This document shows positions 33,603-43,733 of a stretch of DNA of 64,000 bases, one piece after another. The DNA is taken from assembly GCA_028717565.1 (NCBI GenBank), contig JAQUNP010000002.1, positions 26,054-90,053 of the forward strand, given 5' to 3'. Made by a program: the position numbers and the translations under genes. The stretch's first letter is position 1; every line of letters starts with the position of its first letter. The notes below the pieces were generated by a model, which was given only the letters and a program-made list of their open reading frames with translations, was not told the DNA's origin and ran no database searches. Source of the stretch: Patescibacteria group bacterium (GTDB lineage Bacteria > Patescibacteriota > Kazan-3B-28).

Positions 33603-36560
33603 ATGGCGTTTGAACCGGTTAATCCGCGAGTAAACTTCAGTAGCCAAGAGAAAGAGATTCTTGTCTTTTGGGAAAAAGAAAAGATTTTTGAGAAAAGCCT
33701 TGAGTTACGAAAGAAGGCGGAGCGGTTCGTGTTTTTTGAAGGCCCGCCGACAGCCAATGGTATGCCCGGCATCCACCATGTTTTGGCGCGGGCCTTTAAA
33801 GACGTTTGGCCTAGGTTTAAAACCATGCAGGGATACTTAGTAGAACGGAAAGCTGGTTGGGACACGCATGGATTGCCAGTTGAGATTGAAGTGGAGAAAA
33901 AGTTGGGTCTAAAAGACAAGGGTGACATCGAAAAATATGGGGTAGCCAAATTCAACGAACAAGCTAAGGAAAGCGTGTGGAAGTATTTGCATGAGTGGGA
34001 AGAGATGACCAAGCGGATGGCCTTTTGGGTAGATTTGGAAAATCCGTATATCACTTACGAACCCAAATACGTTGAGAGTTTATGGTGGATTATTAAACAG
34101 ATTTGGGACAAGGGTCTTTTGTATCAAGGGCACAAGGTGGTGCCGTATTGTCCGAGATGTGGCACATCACTGTCTTCGCATGAGGTAGCGCAGGGCTATC
34201 AGGAAGTAGAAGAGCGTTCGGTTTACATCAAGTTGAAAGTTAAAGGCGAGGACAATACTTATATTTTGGCTTGGACCACTACTCCTTGGACTCTGCCTGG
34301 GAATGTGGCGTTGGCGGTAGGTAAAGATATCAGGTACGGCAAATACCAGATCACTGATGGTCCGCATGCTGGCGAAACGTATATCTTGGCCGATGCTCTC
34401 GCGAGTAATATTTTTCAAGGAACTGATATTGTCCCACTGGGATATAAGTTGGAGGGTGGCGTCATTCCAAAATCGGCATATACTCATAGCCCTATTCTGG
34501 ATAGTGATTTAGTGGGTTTGGAATATGAGCCACTGTTTGAGGGCGCCATTCCAAAAGATACAGCCAATTACGAGAATGCTTTCAAAGTTTACCCAGCCGA
34601 TTTTGTAACTACGGATGACGGTACTGGTGTGGTGCATACAGCGGTGATGTATGGAGAGGATGATTATCAGTTGGGTGCACAAGTCAATTTGCCGCGGTAT
34701 CACACGGTTGATAAGCAGGGACGGTTTGTAGATAGCGTAAAGCCATTTGCCGGCAAGTATGTCAAAGACCCAGAGGTAGAAAAGGCAATTGTGTCGGATT
34801 TGGAAAAGCGAGGGTTGCTTTTGAAGGAAATGGATTATAGTCACGATTATCCATTTTGTTGGCGATGTGATAGCCCACTTTTGTATTACGCTATGGATTC
34901 GTGGTTTATCAATATGCAGCAGGTGAAAACACAGTTGATCGCGAACAATCAAGATATTAATTGGGTGCCGGCGCATTTAAAGGACGGCCGGTTTGGTGAG
35001 TGGCTAAACGAGATAAAGGACTGGGCATTCTCTCGTGAACGGTACTGGGGTACGCCATTACCAGTATGGAAAGAAGTGAATCCGCCGGCTGGCGGAGGAG
35101 ACATGATCTGCGTCGGCTCTTTTGAAGAATTAAGGGAACTGGCGAAAGACAAGACGAAAGTAACGGATAGTTTCGATCCTCACAAACCCTTTGTCGATGA
35201 AATCGTATTGGAAAAGGATGGCAAAGAATACAGGCGGGTACCAGAAGTGTGTGACGTCTGGTTCGATAGTGGTTGTATGCCGTTTGCCCAATGGCATTAT
35301 CCGTTTGAGAACCAAGAGAAAATCGATAAGGGCTTAAGTTTCCCGGCTGAATTCATATCTGAAGCGGTAGATCAAACTCGAGGTTGGTTCTACACTCTAT
35401 TGGCTGTCTCAACCCTTCTGGACAAGGGGGCGCCGTATAAAAATGTGGTTTCGCTGGGTCATGTTTTGGATAAGTATGGCAAAAAAATGAGCAAGTCCAA
35501 AGGCAACGTGGTAGACCCGAATAAAATTTTTGAAAGTCAGGGCAGTGATGCGTTGCGGTGGTATCTTTACACTATCAATCAGCCAGGTTTGCCAAAAAAC
35601 TTTGATGAGGGTGGTGTAACCCAAGTTGTACGTCGATTTATGCTCACGCTTTGGAATACTTATTCATTCTTTGTGACCTATGCCAATATTGATAAGTTTG
35701 ATCCAAATAAGGCAGGTGAGTTGGCGCCGAAGAGTATGTTGGACAAATGGATTTGGGCGCGTCGGCATCAATTGGTGGAGAAGGTGACTGAACATTTGGA
35801 AAAGTACGAGCCGATGCAGGCGGGCTTGGCGATTGAGGACTTTGTGGAAGATTTATCTAATTGGTATGTACGCAGAAGCCGACGGCGATTCTGGAAAGGA
35901 GAAAATGATGCCGACAAAGTTCAGGCCTATTTGACGCTTTATATGACGCTCAAAGATCTAACTAAGCTGATGGCCCCATTCATGCCCTTTTTGAGCGAGG
36001 CAATCTATCGGAATTTAAGGACTGCAGCTGACCCGATGTCTGTGCATGTAACTAACTGGCCGCAAGCGGAGATGGCTGACGAAACGATATTACAGCAAAT
36101 GAGTAGAACCCGGGAAATGGTGGAAGCCATTTTGAATCTTCGGGAACAGGCAGGTATCAAGGTGCGTCAGCCACTGGCTAAGTTCGCCGTGGTGGACAAG
36201 GAGTTACCTAGTGAACTGGTGGACATTATCAGAGAAGAGGCGAATATTAAAGAACTGCTATGGGAGCAGCCGGCAACAGAGCTCGATACCAAAATCACAG
36301 ATGATTTGGCTCTAGAAGGTCTGGCGCGAGAGTTGGTGCGTAGTATTCAGGTGCTGCGCAAGGAGAATGGTTTTGAGATAGAGGACAGAATAAAAATTAC
36401 CTGGAGCTCGGATGCGGATATGGTTAAAAAGGCCTTTGATGTATACTCGGATTACATCAAAGGAGAGACTTTGGCCGATGAGATTAAGGCAGGCGCGGCA
36501 GAGACGGCAGTAAAGGTCAACGAATTCAAAGTCAATATCAGTTTAACCAAATCATCATGA
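33603..36560 (+). CDS. ileS: Isoleucine--tRNA ligase
   Basis: PTANGMPGIHHVLAR (HIGH), KMSKSKGN (KMSKS) and an editing-domain WTTTPWTLP. Confidence 0.93.
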   Translation: MAFEPVNPRVNFSSQEKEILVFWEKEKIFEKSLELRKKAERFVFFEGPPTANGMPGIHHVLARAFKDVWPRFKTMQGYLVERKAGWDTHGLPVEIEVEKKLGLKDKGDIEKYGVAKFNEQAKESVWKYLHEWEEMTKRMAFWVDLENPYITYEPKYVESLWWIIKQIWDKGLLYQGHKVVPYCPRCGTSLSSHEVAQGYQEVEERSVYIKLKVKGEDNTYILAWTTTPWTLPGNVALAVGKDIRYGKYQITDGPHAGETYILADALASNIFQGTDIVPLGYKLEGGVIPKSAYTHSPILDSDLVGLEYEPLFEGAIPKDTANYENAFKVYPADFVTTDDGTGVVHTAVMYGEDDYQLGAQVNLPRYHTVDKQGRFVDSVKPFAGKYVKDPEVEKAIVSDLEKRGLLLKEMDYSHDYPFCWRCDSPLLYYAMDSWFINMQQVKTQLIANNQDINWVPAHLKDGRFGEWLNEIKDWAFSRERYWGTPLPVWKEVNPPAGGGDMICVGSFEELRELAKDKTKVTDSFDPHKPFVDEIVLEKDGKEYRRVPEVCDVWFDSGCMPFAQWHYPFENQEKIDKGLSFPAEFISEAVDQTRGWFYTLLAVSTLLDKGAPYKNVVSLGHVLDKYGKKMSKSKGNVVDPNKIFESQGSDALRWYLYTINQPGLPKNFDEGGVTQVVRRFMLTLWNTYSFFVTYANIDKFDPNKAGELAPKSMLDKWIWARRHQLVEKVTEHLEKYEPMQAGLAIEDFVEDLSNWYVRRSRRRFWKGENDADKVQAYLTLYMTLKDLTKLMAPFMPFLSEAIYRNLRTAADPMSVHVTNWPQAEMADETILQQMSRTREMVEAILNLREQAGIKVRQPLAKFAVVDKELPSELVDIIREEANIKELLWEQPATELDTKITDDLALEGLARELVRSIQVLRKENGFEIEDRIKITWSSDADMVKKAFDVYSDYIKGETLADEIKAGAAETAVKVNEFKVNISLTKSS

Positions 36561-37099
36561 AGAGATTGGCATCGAACATAGTCTTGGGTCTGTTTGTTTT
36601 GGTTCTGGTGACGCTGTATGGTATTTCTAAACAGCCATCGGTGTATTCTTTTTTGCCACTTATCAATGACGAACAGACGACTACCCAGAAGGATGCGGTA
36701 ACTAATTCGTCAACTGATGTAACACAGATGTTTGATAGAGAGGTTGCCCTGCCCAACGGTGATACTATCAATGTGGCAGTTGCTGACAATCCGGTGGAGC
36801 GGATTCAGGGCTTGTCCGGGTTGACGGGGCTGGAAGAAGACGAGGGGATGTTATTTATTTTTGATGAAACTGGCAAACATGGTATCTGGATGAAGAATAT
36901 GAATTTTGCTATCGATATTCTTTGGCTGGACGAAACTGGTCGGGTGGTACATGTAGTCAATCAGGCTCCGGTGAGTCAGGACGATTTGGATCTGTTGGTG
37001 TATCAGAATGATGAGCCAGCCAAGTATGTTTTAGAGGTGCCAGCTGGTGTGGCAGAAGCAAAAGACCTGGAAGTGGGAGCTCAAGTGCAGGTCTTGTAA
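36557..37099 (+). CDS. DUF192 family protein
   Basis: N-terminal TM helix. VADNPVERIQGLSG...GMLFIF....IWMKNM.F.IDILWLD. Confidence 0.7.
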   Translation: MKRLASNIVLGLFVLVLVTLYGISKQPSVYSFLPLINDEQTTTQKDAVTNSSTDVTQMFDREVALPNGDTINVAVADNPVERIQGLSGLTGLEEDEGMLFIFDETGKHGIWMKNMNFAIDILWLDETGRVVHVVNQAPVSQDDLDLLVYQNDEPAKYVLEVPAGVAEAKDLEVGAQVQVL

Positions 37100-37162
37100 G
37101 AGCAAAAAGGTGTTGACCTTTGGCTAGGGTAGGTGATATTTTGCGATAGTTATCTTTTTTAA

Positions 37163-37477
37163 ATGGCTAAATTAGCAGTTATACAAACCGGCGGCAAACA
37201 GTACCTAGTAGAAGAGGGTGTGGTTATTGATATTGAAAAACTGCAAGGCCAGGACGGTAAGATTGAGTTTGACGAGGTTTTGATGATAGATGATGGCAAG
37301 ACGGTAAAGTTGGGGGCTCCGGTGATTGAGAAGGCGAAGGTAACTGGCGAGATAATAGAGCAATTCAAAGACGATAAGGTGAGTGTAATAAAAATGCACC
37401 GCCGTAAACGTTACCGTCGTAATGTTGGTCACAGACAGAACCTAACCAAAGTAAAAATCACAAAAATCAGCGCCTAG
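37163..37477 (+). CDS. rplU: 50S ribosomal protein L21
   Basis: MAKLAVIQTGGKQYLVEEG... ; 104 aa. Confidence 0.92.
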   Translation: MAKLAVIQTGGKQYLVEEGVVIDIEKLQGQDGKIEFDEVLMIDDGKTVKLGAPVIEKAKVTGEIIEQFKDDKVSVIKMHRRKRYRRNVGHRQNLTKVKITKISA

Positions 37478-37490
37478 GGGCGCTGATTTT
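37467..37490 (+). terminator. Intrinsic terminator of rplU
   Basis: TCAGCGCC tagg GGCGCTGA followed by TTTT. The stop codon lies in the loop. Confidence 0.75.
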
Positions 37491-37499
37491 GGTTAGTGT

Positions 37500-38153
37500 T
37501 TAAAGGCTCCTGCCGTAGGACGGTGTGCTGATGGTATGGAAGTCGCTAAACGGATACACCACTACCCATACTTTGCCCACAATCAAATTCCTGGGTACGG
37601 GGCCCCAGCTACGCGAGTCGGAGCTGTTGTTGCGGTTGTCACCCATGACAAAGTATTCATTTTTGCCTAGCTTGCGACGCGTGTCGGTGGGAGTGGCGAC
37701 GCCTTGGAGGTAGGACTCATCTAGTAAAGTGCCACCGGGGTTCTCGTTGTTGTAGATATAGACCTTGCCGTCTTTTATCTCAACGGTTTCGCCGGGCAAG
37801 CCAATGACTCGCTTAATGAATGAGACGGCAATATTTTGTGGCCATTTGAAAACTACTACATTGCCGCGGTCAGGCGCGGAGAAGCGATAGCTGACCTGGT
37901 CCACGATAATGTATTGGTTGTTATGAAAATTGGGTTCCATGGAAGGGCCGGAAACGTAGAATGGCTGGATTAGGAAAAAGCGGATAAGGAAGGCCACGCC
38001 CAAGACGGTTGAGACAGTTTTAAAAACGTCGTAGATAAAAATAACTGTGCCCACAAAAATTGTGAGCCACGTACTACGTCTAGGGACTGATTTTTTAGGA
38101 GTGGCTTTGTGATCTTCGTCGCCATGGAGAAAGCCAAACATATCCTCGGGCAT
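37500..38153 (-). CDS. lepB: Signal peptidase I
   Basis: GPSMEPN (catalytic Ser), IKRVIGLPGE and GDNRNNSSDSR. Confidence 0.9.
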   Translation of the reverse strand: MPEDMFGFLHGDEDHKATPKKSVPRRSTWLTIFVGTVIFIYDVFKTVSTVLGVAFLIRFFLIQPFYVSGPSMEPNFHNNQYIIVDQVSYRFSAPDRGNVVVFKWPQNIAVSFIKRVIGLPGETVEIKDGKVYIYNNENPGGTLLDESYLQGVATPTDTRRKLGKNEYFVMGDNRNNSSDSRSWGPVPRNLIVGKVWVVVYPFSDFHTISTPSYGRSL

Positions 38154-38260
38154 TTAGATTCCCCCTTTTCAATGGTTTATTTCCCATTTATTATACATCG
38201 GAAAATGTTTATGTATAATCTAGGTGCGGACGATTAGCTTGGCTGGTTAAAAAATAGGAA

Positions 38261-38337
38261 GGGCTTGTAGCTCAGTTGGTTAGAGCGTTCCGTTCACATC
38301 GGAGAGGTCCCCAGTTCGAGTCTGGGCAAGCCCACCA
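38261..38337 (+). tRNA. tRNA-Val (anticodon CAC)
   Basis: Acceptor GGGCTTG/CAAGCCC, D-arm GCTC AGTTGGTTA GAGC, anticodon loop UUCACAU, T-arm CCCAG TTCGAGT CTGGG, encoded CCA. Confidence 0.9.
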
Positions 38338-38418
38338 CTACTAGTTCAAACCCAGCGTCATCTGCTCCGGGGCGTATTTGGTTATGTCGGGGCTAGGTCG
38401 AGTGACGGTTAGTGTCTG

Positions 38419-38447
38419 TTGACAGATAGAAGGCGAACAATTAGAAT
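38419..38447 (+). promoter_or_regulatory. Promoter of the rpsB-tsf-frr operon, followed by a ~125-nt leader
   Basis: TTGACA-17-TAGAAT. Confidence 0.6.
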
Positions 38448-38579
38448 ACCGAGGTATATTTATAACACAGGTTCGCAACAAATCACATCCTGTTCTGCTA
38501 TTTTTGATTTGAGGCTCTGATGGATTGTGAGCTTCAAAACTAAAAGGTGGAATAACTGCGAGCCAAGGAGATAAGGATT

Positions 38580-39329
38580 ATGACTAAGAAAGAGATTTCG
38601 ATTGAAGAGATGATGAAAGCAGGGATGCATTTTGGGCATCAAACGTTTCGGCGTGAACCCAAGATGGATCCGTATATTTTTGGTGTGCGCTCTGGCGTAC
38701 ATATTATCGATTTGACTAAAACCGCGCCTATGCTGCAGCGGGCTTTGGATTTTTTGACCGATGTGGTCAAGGGCGGTGGGCAGGTGGTTTTGGTAGGAAC
38801 CAAACGACAGGCCTCGTCGCTGGTGGAGAAATACGCGCAGACGTGCGGTATGCCTTATGTCAGTGAGCGGTGGCTGGGCGGGCTCCTGACCAATTTTGAT
38901 ACTATGTCTCGACGTCTAAAGTATTTGCGGGAACTAGATGACAAATACGCCAAAGATGATTTTAAGGGCATGACCAAAAAAGAGAGGGTGGTGCTGGATC
39001 GTCATTACAAGGTGCTAAACACCACTTTGGGCGGCGTGAAGTATATGGAAAACATCCCTAGCGCCATCTTTGTGATAGATGCAAACAAAGACCGGATTGC
39101 TATCAAGGAAGCGAACAAGCTGGGTGTGCCAGTGGTAGCTTTGGCGGATACGAATACAAACCCTGAGGGTATCGATTACCCAATTCCGGCCAACGACGAT
39201 GCTAAGAGTGCAATTGAATTCGTGTTGAAGCTAGTAGCTGAAAGTTGCGGTACCAAGCCAGCTCCCCAAGCTGATAAAATAAGTGGAGCAGACGAGGTGA
39301 AACAAGAAGAACCAGAAGTAGTAAAATAG
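38580..39329 (+). CDS. rpsB: 30S ribosomal protein S2
   Basis: AAGGAG SD. Motifs MMKAGMHFGHQT.R..PKM..YIFG and VIDLTKT. Confidence 0.95.
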   Translation: MTKKEISIEEMMKAGMHFGHQTFRREPKMDPYIFGVRSGVHIIDLTKTAPMLQRALDFLTDVVKGGGQVVLVGTKRQASSLVEKYAQTCGMPYVSERWLGGLLTNFDTMSRRLKYLRELDDKYAKDDFKGMTKKERVVLDRHYKVLNTTLGGVKYMENIPSAIFVIDANKDRIAIKEANKLGVPVVALADTNTNPEGIDYPIPANDDAKSAIEFVLKLVAESCGTKPAPQADKISGADEVKQEEPEVVK

Positions 39330-39339
39330 GAGAGAATTT

Positions 39340-39879
39340 ATGGAAATTAAAGCAGACCAAGTTAAAGAACTAAGAAACCTCACTAACGCTGGAATGATGG
39401 AGGCAAAATCTGCATTGCAAGAAGCGGGTGGCGATATGGAAAAGGCCAAGGCGATTTTGAAGGAGCGGGGAGCGAGTATTGCCGAGAAGAAAGCCGAGCG
39501 CGAAGCGGCTAATGGTGTGGTGGCTGCCTATATTCATATGGGCAACAAAATCGGTGTTTTAGTTGAAGTAAAAGTGGAAACCGACTTTGTGGCGAAGGAC
39601 GAAAAATTTAAAGAGTTTGCAAACAACATCGCCATGCATATTGCTGGTATGAGTCCGAAATATTTGCGCGAAGAAGATATTCCGGCAGGTGAATTGTCTA
39701 AGCAGGACGATAGGGCCGCTTATGCAAAAGAAGTGGCTTTGCTAAAACAACCATACGTTAAGGATCAGAGTAGAACGGTGGAGGATTATGTGAATGAGCA
39801 AATTGCTCATTTCAAAGAAAATATCCAGATCGGTAGCTTCGCTCGGTTTGATTTGGGGAGCGAAAAAATAGTATGTTAG
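39340..39879 (+). CDS. tsf: Elongation factor Ts (short form)
   Basis: VKELRNLTNAGMMEAKSAL is the UBA-like N-terminus; 179 aa. Confidence 0.88.
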   Translation: MEIKADQVKELRNLTNAGMMEAKSALQEAGGDMEKAKAILKERGASIAEKKAEREAANGVVAAYIHMGNKIGVLVEVKVETDFVAKDEKFKEFANNIAMHIAGMSPKYLREEDIPAGELSKQDDRAAYAKEVALLKQPYVKDQSRTVEDYVNEQIAHFKENIQIGSFARFDLGSEKIVC

Positions 39880-40406
39880 ATGACCTAAAATCAAAACTGG
39901 CTAAGGCCTTGGAGGTATTCCAAACCGAAATCAAGAAAGTCCGGACTGGCCGGGCTCATCCAGATTTGGTGGAGGGGGTGATGGTGGAATCTTACGGAGC
40001 TCAGGTTCCCCTCAAACAGGTGGCAAACGTCGGTGCTCCAGATGCACAAACCATTGCTATTCAACCTTGGGATAGAGCAAATTTAGCTCCCATCGAAAAA
40101 GGCATCATTGCTAGCGGACTGGGTCTAAACCCCTTAAATGACGGGCAGATGATTCGGATTACTATCCCGCCGCTTAGTGCAGAGCGTAGAACAGAGCTAG
40201 TTAAGGTAGCTAGTGCTCGAGCAGAAGAGGCCAAGGTGGCCATTAGAAATCTCCGACGCGACGCGATGGAAGATATAAAAAAACAAATTAACAGCGAAGA
40301 TGAGCAAAAACGTTTAGAGAAACAAGTCCAGGATATGGTGGATGATTTTGTGAGCCGAGTGGAGATCGCTTTAGGTGACAAGGAAAAAGAAATAACTACT
40401 ATCTAA
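39873..40406 (+). CDS. frr: Ribosome recycling factor
   Basis: F...IKKVRTGRAHPDLVEGV.VE.YG and IP.LS.ERR.ELVK. It overlaps the tsf end, with no pyrH between them. Confidence 0.92.
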   Translation: MLDDLKSKLAKALEVFQTEIKKVRTGRAHPDLVEGVMVESYGAQVPLKQVANVGAPDAQTIAIQPWDRANLAPIEKGIIASGLGLNPLNDGQMIRITIPPLSAERRTELVKVASARAEEAKVAIRNLRRDAMEDIKKQINSEDEQKRLEKQVQDMVDDFVSRVEIALGDKEKEITTI

Positions 40407-40416
40407 ACAAAAACAA

Positions 40417-41112
40417 GTGGCAGGGAATGACTTACCACAGCATATTGCTTTTGTGTTAGACGGCAATCGCAGATGGGCGAGAGCCCAAGGTTTGCCAACT
40501 TTGGAAGGCCATATGAGAGGAATGGAAAACATTGAGAATATTGCTCAATGGTGTATTGAAAAAGATATTAAGTATTTGACAATGTATGCCTTCTCGACCG
40601 AAAACTGGGACAGGAGTCCGGAGGAGCTGGACTACCTTTTCAATAAGGTATTTGTTACGGGGTTTAGAACCTATATGGAGCGGTTGGCTAAGGAAAACGT
40701 AAAAATAAATATCTTTGGCGAGATAGAGAGGTTCCCAGAGAAGATGCGGGCAGCTATCAAGCAAATGGTGGCGGACAGTCAGAACAATACTGGGCTGAAC
40801 ATGAATTTCTGTCTTGACTATGGTGGCCGAGCAGAAATTATCCGAGCGGTGAAAAATATTGTGCAGGAGGGGATTGTGCCAGAAAAGATTGATGAGGCGG
40901 TGATAGCGAACCATTTATACTCGGCCGGCATGCCAGATCCCGATTTGATGATTAGAACGGGTGGGGAGCATCGTCTAAGCGGATTTTTGTTGTGGCAAAT
41001 GTCTTACACCGAATTTTATTTTCCGCAGATTTGTTTACCTGGTTTTACAAAACAGGACTTTGAAGAGGCCTTAGAATGGTATGCTAGTAGGGATAGACGT
41101 CACGGGAAATAA
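40417..41112 (+). CDS. uppS: Undecaprenyl-diphosphate synthase (cis-prenyltransferase)
   Basis: HIAFVLDGNRRWA, YAFSTENW.R and IRTGGEHRLSGFLLWQ. Confidence 0.9.
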   Translation: MAGNDLPQHIAFVLDGNRRWARAQGLPTLEGHMRGMENIENIAQWCIEKDIKYLTMYAFSTENWDRSPEELDYLFNKVFVTGFRTYMERLAKENVKINIFGEIERFPEKMRAAIKQMVADSQNNTGLNMNFCLDYGGRAEIIRAVKNIVQEGIVPEKIDEAVIANHLYSAGMPDPDLMIRTGGEHRLSGFLLWQMSYTEFYFPQICLPGFTKQDFEEALEWYASRDRRHGK

Positions 41113-41115
41113 TTC

Positions 41116-42195
41116 ATGAATTTTTTAACGGTAATAGTTTTTATACTGATTTTTAGCATCTTGGTGCTAGGGCATGAGCTCGGGCACTTTTGGGCTGCGC
41201 GAAGAGCGGGTGTAAAAGTGGAAGAGTTCGGAATTGGTTTGCCACCACGAATTTGGGGTAAAAGACAGAAAGACATGATTTGGTCGATTAACTGGATCCC
41301 TTTCGGTGGTTTTGTTCGGGTCAAGGGTGAGGGGGGTGAAAACGCTGCCGATAGTGATTCTTTGGGGAGCAAGAGCTATGGTGCTCGAGCACTCTTTACT
41401 ACTGGTGGTGTATTGATGAATTTCTTGATTGCCTATCTCGGTCTGGTTATCGGTTTCTGGCTCGGAATGCCACCACTGGCGACAGATGTATCGAGCTATA
41501 TAGACGATCAGGCGCAAGTTGCTTCGCAGGTTTTGGTTGTACAGGTTGGTGAGAATTCACCTGCGTTGAGTGCGGGCGTTGCGGCTGGCGACATAATTTT
41601 GAGTGTAAATGGGCAACTGGTAAACACAGCCGAAGAGTTACAAGCGGCTATTAATGCAGCCGGCCAAGCGACATTAGTTATCAATCGTGCCGGAGAGGAG
41701 CTGGGTTTGAGTGTGGCGACAACTATGAGTGAGGGTCGGCACGTAATTGGCATCTTGGCGGACGAGTTAGTAGAAAAAGTTCACTATGTGTGGTGGAAGG
41801 TGCCCTATTTTGCGTTGGTTGAGCTCTGGCGTTTAATATCAGCGATTGCGGTAGCTATCGTCGGCATTTTGGCTAGCTTGGTCAAAAGCGCATCTTTACC
41901 GGATACCATTGCTGGGCCGGTAGGTATTGCCAAACTGACTGCACAGGCGGTGCGACTGGGATTTTTGTCGGTTTTACAGTTTCTTATCTTTTTGTCGGTT
42001 AACTTGGGGCTGATCAATATAGTGCCTTTCCCAGCTTTAGACGGTGGGCGATTAGCTTTCTTGGTGGCCGAGATGATTCGGGGCGGTAAAAAGGTAAAAC
42101 CGGTAGTGGAAAATGCGATACATTCGCTGGGCTTTTTGCTTTTGTTGGCATTTATTTTTGCAGTGACTTATAAGGATATAGTGAAGTTGTTTTAA
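41116..42195 (+). CDS. rseP: Site-2 (M50/RseP-type) zinc metalloprotease with a PDZ domain
   Basis: HELGHF, the PDZ segment SPALSAGVAAGDIILSVNG, and NLGLINIVPFPALDGG. Confidence 0.88.
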   Translation: MNFLTVIVFILIFSILVLGHELGHFWAARRAGVKVEEFGIGLPPRIWGKRQKDMIWSINWIPFGGFVRVKGEGGENAADSDSLGSKSYGARALFTTGGVLMNFLIAYLGLVIGFWLGMPPLATDVSSYIDDQAQVASQVLVVQVGENSPALSAGVAAGDIILSVNGQLVNTAEELQAAINAAGQATLVINRAGEELGLSVATTMSEGRHVIGILADELVEKVHYVWWKVPYFALVELWRLISAIAVAIVGILASLVKSASLPDTIAGPVGIAKLTAQAVRLGFLSVLQFLIFLSVNLGLINIVPFPALDGGRLAFLVAEMIRGGKKVKPVVENAIHSLGFLLLLAFIFAVTYKDIVKLF

Positions 42196-42311
42196 GTAAT
42201 GAGGGAAGAACGAGGTATGTTCTCCCCTCATCGGCGGTTGGCAGAAGCCAATCCTCGCATGTGCTCGGACTAGCCGCCTGCTTCTCTCTCCACCATTTTT
42301 AAAATATTTTT

Positions 42312-43097
42312 ATGAAGTTGTTGGATGGTAAAAAGATAGCGGCTGATTGGCAAAAAGCTCTAAATAAAAAAGTGGCTGGCAAATGTCTGGCGGCTGTGAT
42401 GGTGGGTGACAACCCAGCGTCGGTTTTGTATTTGAAGAAGAAAGCGGACATGGCGAAGAAACTTGGTGTGACATTCACTCTGCATTCACTACCAGCCAAC
42501 ACCACTACGGAGAAGGTGGTGGCGCTAGTTAGGAAGCTGAACACGAGTCAACGAGTCAATGGCATTATTGTGCAGTTGCCTCTACCGAGTAAGATGAATG
42601 AAGCAAAAATATTGGAGGCCATCGCGCCTAGTAAGGATGTGGATGGTTTAACCGATGCGAGTTTGACGGAGGATGGGGTTTTGCCAGCGACAGCCGCAGG
42701 CATCGTACGTTTGCTGGAAAGCTATTGGATTCCTTTAACCTGCCAGAGTGTGGCGCTGATAGGGTTTACCCGGTTGCTGAACGTGGCCTTGGCCGTCTAT
42801 CTGTCTAGTCGGGGCAATGAAGTGGTAGTGGTGCAAAAAGGCACTCAGGATATGGCAGAGCTCAAACGGGCCGACATAATTATTACGGCGGCTGGTCGTC
42901 CCGGTTTGGTGTTGGGCAAGCATGTCGGGCGGGGTGCGGTGGTGGTAGATGCTGGGATTACCCGCCGAGGCAAGACGGTAGTGGGGGACGTAGATTTTGA
43001 GAGTGTAAAAAAACAAGCTGCTTATATCACTCCAGTCCCGGGTGGAGTGGGGCCTATGACAGTGATGGCCCTGTTTGCAAATTTAGCGGAACTTTGA
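42312..43097 (+). CDS. folD: Bifunctional methylenetetrahydrofolate dehydrogenase/cyclohydrolase
   Basis: VGDNPAS..Y...K, GIIVQLPLP and TPVPGGVGPMT. Confidence 0.88.
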   Translation: MKLLDGKKIAADWQKALNKKVAGKCLAAVMVGDNPASVLYLKKKADMAKKLGVTFTLHSLPANTTTEKVVALVRKLNTSQRVNGIIVQLPLPSKMNEAKILEAIAPSKDVDGLTDASLTEDGVLPATAAGIVRLLESYWIPLTCQSVALIGFTRLLNVALAVYLSSRGNEVVVVQKGTQDMAELKRADIIITAAGRPGLVLGKHVGRGAVVVDAGITRRGKTVVGDVDFESVKKQAAYITPVPGGVGPMTVMALFANLAEL

Positions 43098-43231
43098 AAA
43101 ACCTAGCTCCTAAAGCCCACTTTTTAATTGTCTTGACACCAGCTTTTGAGATAAGTACAATCAAGCTTAATTGCCAAACCAGAGGATTTGGCGGTGAGAC
43201 ATATTAAAGATAGGGAGGTAGGTTTTAAGTT

Positions 43232-43702
43232 ATGACAGTTGAGACCGCAACAATGTATATTTCTAAAGAAGGTTTAGAAAAATTACAAAAGGAGCTATCC
43301 GAGCTTCAGGTTCAGCGTGTAGAGATTACTCAAAAGATTAAAGAGGCACGCGAATTTGGCGACCTATCAGAAAATGCTGAATATCAAGAGGCCAGAACCA
43401 AGCAGTCCTTTATTGAGGGCCGGATTGAAGAGATCGAAGCAATTTTGAAAAGCGCACAGGTAGTGGATGGCCGGAGTAAAGCTAAGGGTGTTATTGGCGT
43501 GGGTTCTGAAGTGGTAGTGAAGGCGAACGGTAGTGAGAAAACCTACAAATTGACCGGTTCTGATGAGGCCAGCCCGCTGGAAGGTAAAATTTCGCATGAG
43601 TCCCCGTTGGGTCAGGCATTGATGGGTCAAAAGGTAGGGGATAAGGTGACTTTGGAAACCCCAGATGGGAAGAAGGAGTACACGATTCTTAAAGTCGGTT
43701 AG
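43232..43702 (+). CDS. greA: Transcription elongation factor GreA
   Basis: TTGACA-17-TACAAT promoter at ~43135 and GGGAGG SD. AREFGDLSENAEY.EA. Confidence 0.92.
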   Translation: MTVETATMYISKEGLEKLQKELSELQVQRVEITQKIKEAREFGDLSENAEYQEARTKQSFIEGRIEEIEAILKSAQVVDGRSKAKGVIGVGSEVVVKANGSEKTYKLTGSDEASPLEGKISHESPLGQALMGQKVGDKVTLETPDGKKEYTILKVG

Positions 43703-43733
43703 TTCACAAACGCTAGCTGGCGTTTGATCCAGC

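Noticed and set aside
37163-37500. Missing rpmA (L27) after rplU, considered as a possible gene loss or unannotated small ORF.
   Set aside because: rplU is followed immediately by a clean intrinsic terminator and the convergent lepB, with no room for an ORF. rpmA is presumably elsewhere, which is not informative within this window.
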